The notes beneath the pieces are model-generated. The model worked only from the letters and a program-made list of their open reading frames with translations. It had not been told where the DNA came from and did no database searches. From contig NC_092675.1 in assembly GCF_964355755.1 (NCBI RefSeq), positions 6,071,812 through 6,135,811 on the forward strand: a stretch of 64,000 nucleotides of DNA, given 5' to 3'. The DNA is from Antedon mediterranea. Taxonomy: Eukaryota > Animalia > Echinodermata. Of this stretch, positions 62,101 through 64,000 are shown piece by piece. Numbering within the stretch: position 1 is the first letter of the stretch; each line of letters begins with the position of its first letter. The position numbers and the translations under genes were made by a program.

Positions 62101-63641
62101 ATTATAAGCACAATATGAATATTCTATGAGAATTTCAACAATTCTTTTCTTGAGTAAAAGGTAGACAACTTAAAATAGAGTTGTTAAACATTGTCAATCT
62201 TGTATTTTTATGGATTGTTAATAGCCTCACCTATTGTTTCCACATTAGCACCATAACCACAATCACTACATGTATAAATGTCATCTTCTCCTAGCGTTGA
62301 TAAGAAATGATACTCATGAGAAGTACTGCCACCAATTTCCCCTGTAGCACCTTGCACTAAGAAATCAATCAAAAAAGATTGAAAAGAAATTGCTTTAAAT
62401 CTTTCTTTTTTTTTTTTATTAAATCGAAACCAACAGCATTATATACCACCACTAACAGGTTTGATACAAACAAAGTCAGGACTGTTTAAAGCACCTTGAT
62501 TGGTCCTAACATTGACAAGGGCTTCTCTCGTCCAGCGCCCACCTTGACCAGAGGAAAGGCATAAGCCAATACGTCTGAGGCAGATACTAGATGCAGGGGC
62601 TGCCATAAGAGTCAGCAGTGCTGATTTCAAATGCCTAACGGGACCCCAGCTCCATATGCAGCACCTGATATTCCCAGATGGGACATTGAATGTCTTTATG
62701 AGAGTATAAGACAAAAGAAAAGACAAATAAATATTTGTTTGCTGTAAATTTAAACCATTCTAAAAGACAATAATAAGCTTTCGCATTGGGAAAAAGTCTG
62801 AGAGAATACTTGTTGTAAGCCTTATACTATATTACCTTTTACATACTGTACGTTTAATTTATCAAACAGTCTTGCATAAGCCTCACAAACTGATTCATAA
62901 GTTAACATAGCACTTTCAACTGATGTATCAAATGTGTAAAGATCTAAAAATAGAAATATACTATTGTAATTTAAAATAAGATAAGATATTTTTTTGGAAT
63001 AGTGGTTTCAAATACTTGAGCTCATCAACACTATGTTTTTCCCCTCCCTCTTCTAATGATCAAAATATTCAACTGACATATCAAACATGTAAAGATCTAA
63101 ATATAGAAATATACCTCTGTAATTTTGGAATAGTACTTTCAAACACTTTCAAATAAGATAAACCCACTGATTTCTACTTAAAACTTAAAACAAAAACATT
63201 TACCTTTCATTAGAAATTCTCTTGTTCTTAGTAAGCCAAACCTTGGTCTCTGTTCATCTCTGAACTTTTGAGAGATCTGAGAATAGATATGACAATTAAA
63301 ACACAGTACAATTTTCAATTCAACTTTATTTCAGACAAACGAAATTTATAAACACATTAAAAAAAGAGAAAGGAATACAAAGCATTATGTGACAACCATA
63401 ATAGAGAGAGGACCAAGAATTATGAGAAGAATTATTATTATTAATATATAAACTAGTAATCATTTCAGGCAGGAAAATATTTCATTTTCATACCTTTCTG
63501 TCAATACAAAATCCAATTTATAAAGTCATAAAAGTGTAAGTTAGTTCACGAATGAATTACCTGGTAAAGTCTTATTGGAAGATTTCTATATGACAGGTTA
63601 ATATCTGCAGCAACAAGACTGGTAATGGCCTCTTCGTGTGT
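59178..63641 (-). CDS. PARS2: Probable proline--tRNA ligase, mitochondrial (class II aaRS), 3' part; 5' exons outside the window
   Basis: Exons 63641-63561, 63276-63204, 62943-62836, 62356-62231, 61647-61491, 61058-60923, 59741-59559, 59291-59178 (all GT-AG, in frame). Motifs [44 protein letters not shown] (motif 2), [25 protein letters not shown] (motif 3), [15 protein letters not shown]. Confidence 0.95.
59968..60787. mobile_element. hAT-like element (same family as 30498-30694) interrupted by a Kolobok-like insertion
   Basis: TIR CAGTGGCGTAAC..GTTATGCCACTG; TSD AGCGTCCA/AGCTTCCA (7/8 match). Confidence 0.9.
60115..60740. mobile_element. Non-autonomous Kolobok-like DNA transposon
   Basis: TTAA at 60111-60114 and 60741-60744; termini AGACCCCTTCCCTGC / reverse complement AGCCCCATTCCCTAC. 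Confidence 0.85.
62402..62710 (-). mobile_element. 5'-truncated poly(A)-tailed retroelement 3' end
   Basis: Minus strand ends GCTGTTGGTTTCGATTTAATAAAAAAAAAAAA; the last 90 nt are shared with 772-860. Confidence 0.7.
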
Positions 63642-64000
63642 CTGAAAATAAAGATAATTGTTAAACAATAAAATAACCATATATCCTCTGGTATAATCCC
63701 ACCCCCTAGAACACAACATCGAGCTGACTTTGGGGGTGGGACTATACCTAGGGAAACCTCGGTTCAGGGAAAAAAATTATTGGTAAGCATTTGTTTGTAA
63801 AAACTACATCCAGACATAATTTCATTAAACATCCACATACAGTACAACTCTTCTTAACAATTTTTTTCAATCTTCTATCAACTAAAAGTCCTAGTTAGTC
63901 ATGTCTCGGGTCACATTCTATGGTCACCGTACAGATAGGCTACTACATCAGTACTTCTATGAATGGATGACTAGTTGGTGACAAGAACGCTAGTTGGTCA

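Noticed and set aside
1-64000. Prokaryotic-type novel system (operon, defence island, autonomous transposase or reverse transcriptase)
   Set aside because: All substantial coding sequence is explained by four spliced housekeeping genes. No long unexplained ORF exists on either strand.

Overview
AT-rich, intron-rich animal genomic DNA, not prokaryotic. The repeat content suggests a marine invertebrate deuterostome, possibly an echinoderm (inference only). Manual splicing recovers four conserved genes with in-frame exon chains: SSX2IP/ADIP (+, 11 coding exons, 736 aa), MTG1 (-, 10 coding exons, 314 aa), SEC31 (+, 20 coding exons, 1215 aa) and the last 8 exons of mitochondrial prolyl-tRNA synthetase PARS2 (-, 5' end outside the window). 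MTG1 and SEC31 are head-to-head, with candidate non-coding first-exon donors about 400 bp apart. Introns are packed with MITEs, non-autonomous hAT/Kolobok/pogo-like elements, several SINE families and minisatellites. The most unusual observations are: (1) MTG1 needs three non-canonical introns (GC-AG, a U12-type AT-AC, GC-AG) and SEC31 most likely uses another GC-AG; (2) a chimeric 5S rRNA + tRNA + CORE-like SINE family, plus a 5S head fused to a different retroelement tail; (3) Penelope-type minimal hammerhead ribozyme relics; (4) a CTAG/AGGCCT palindromic-word island next to a putative promoter; (5) duplicated splice acceptors; (6) datable nested transposon insertions. I found no CRISPR array, no intact transposase or reverse transcriptase, and no clearly novel multi-gene system. 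Most short ORFs in the track are exon fragments or repeat artefacts.
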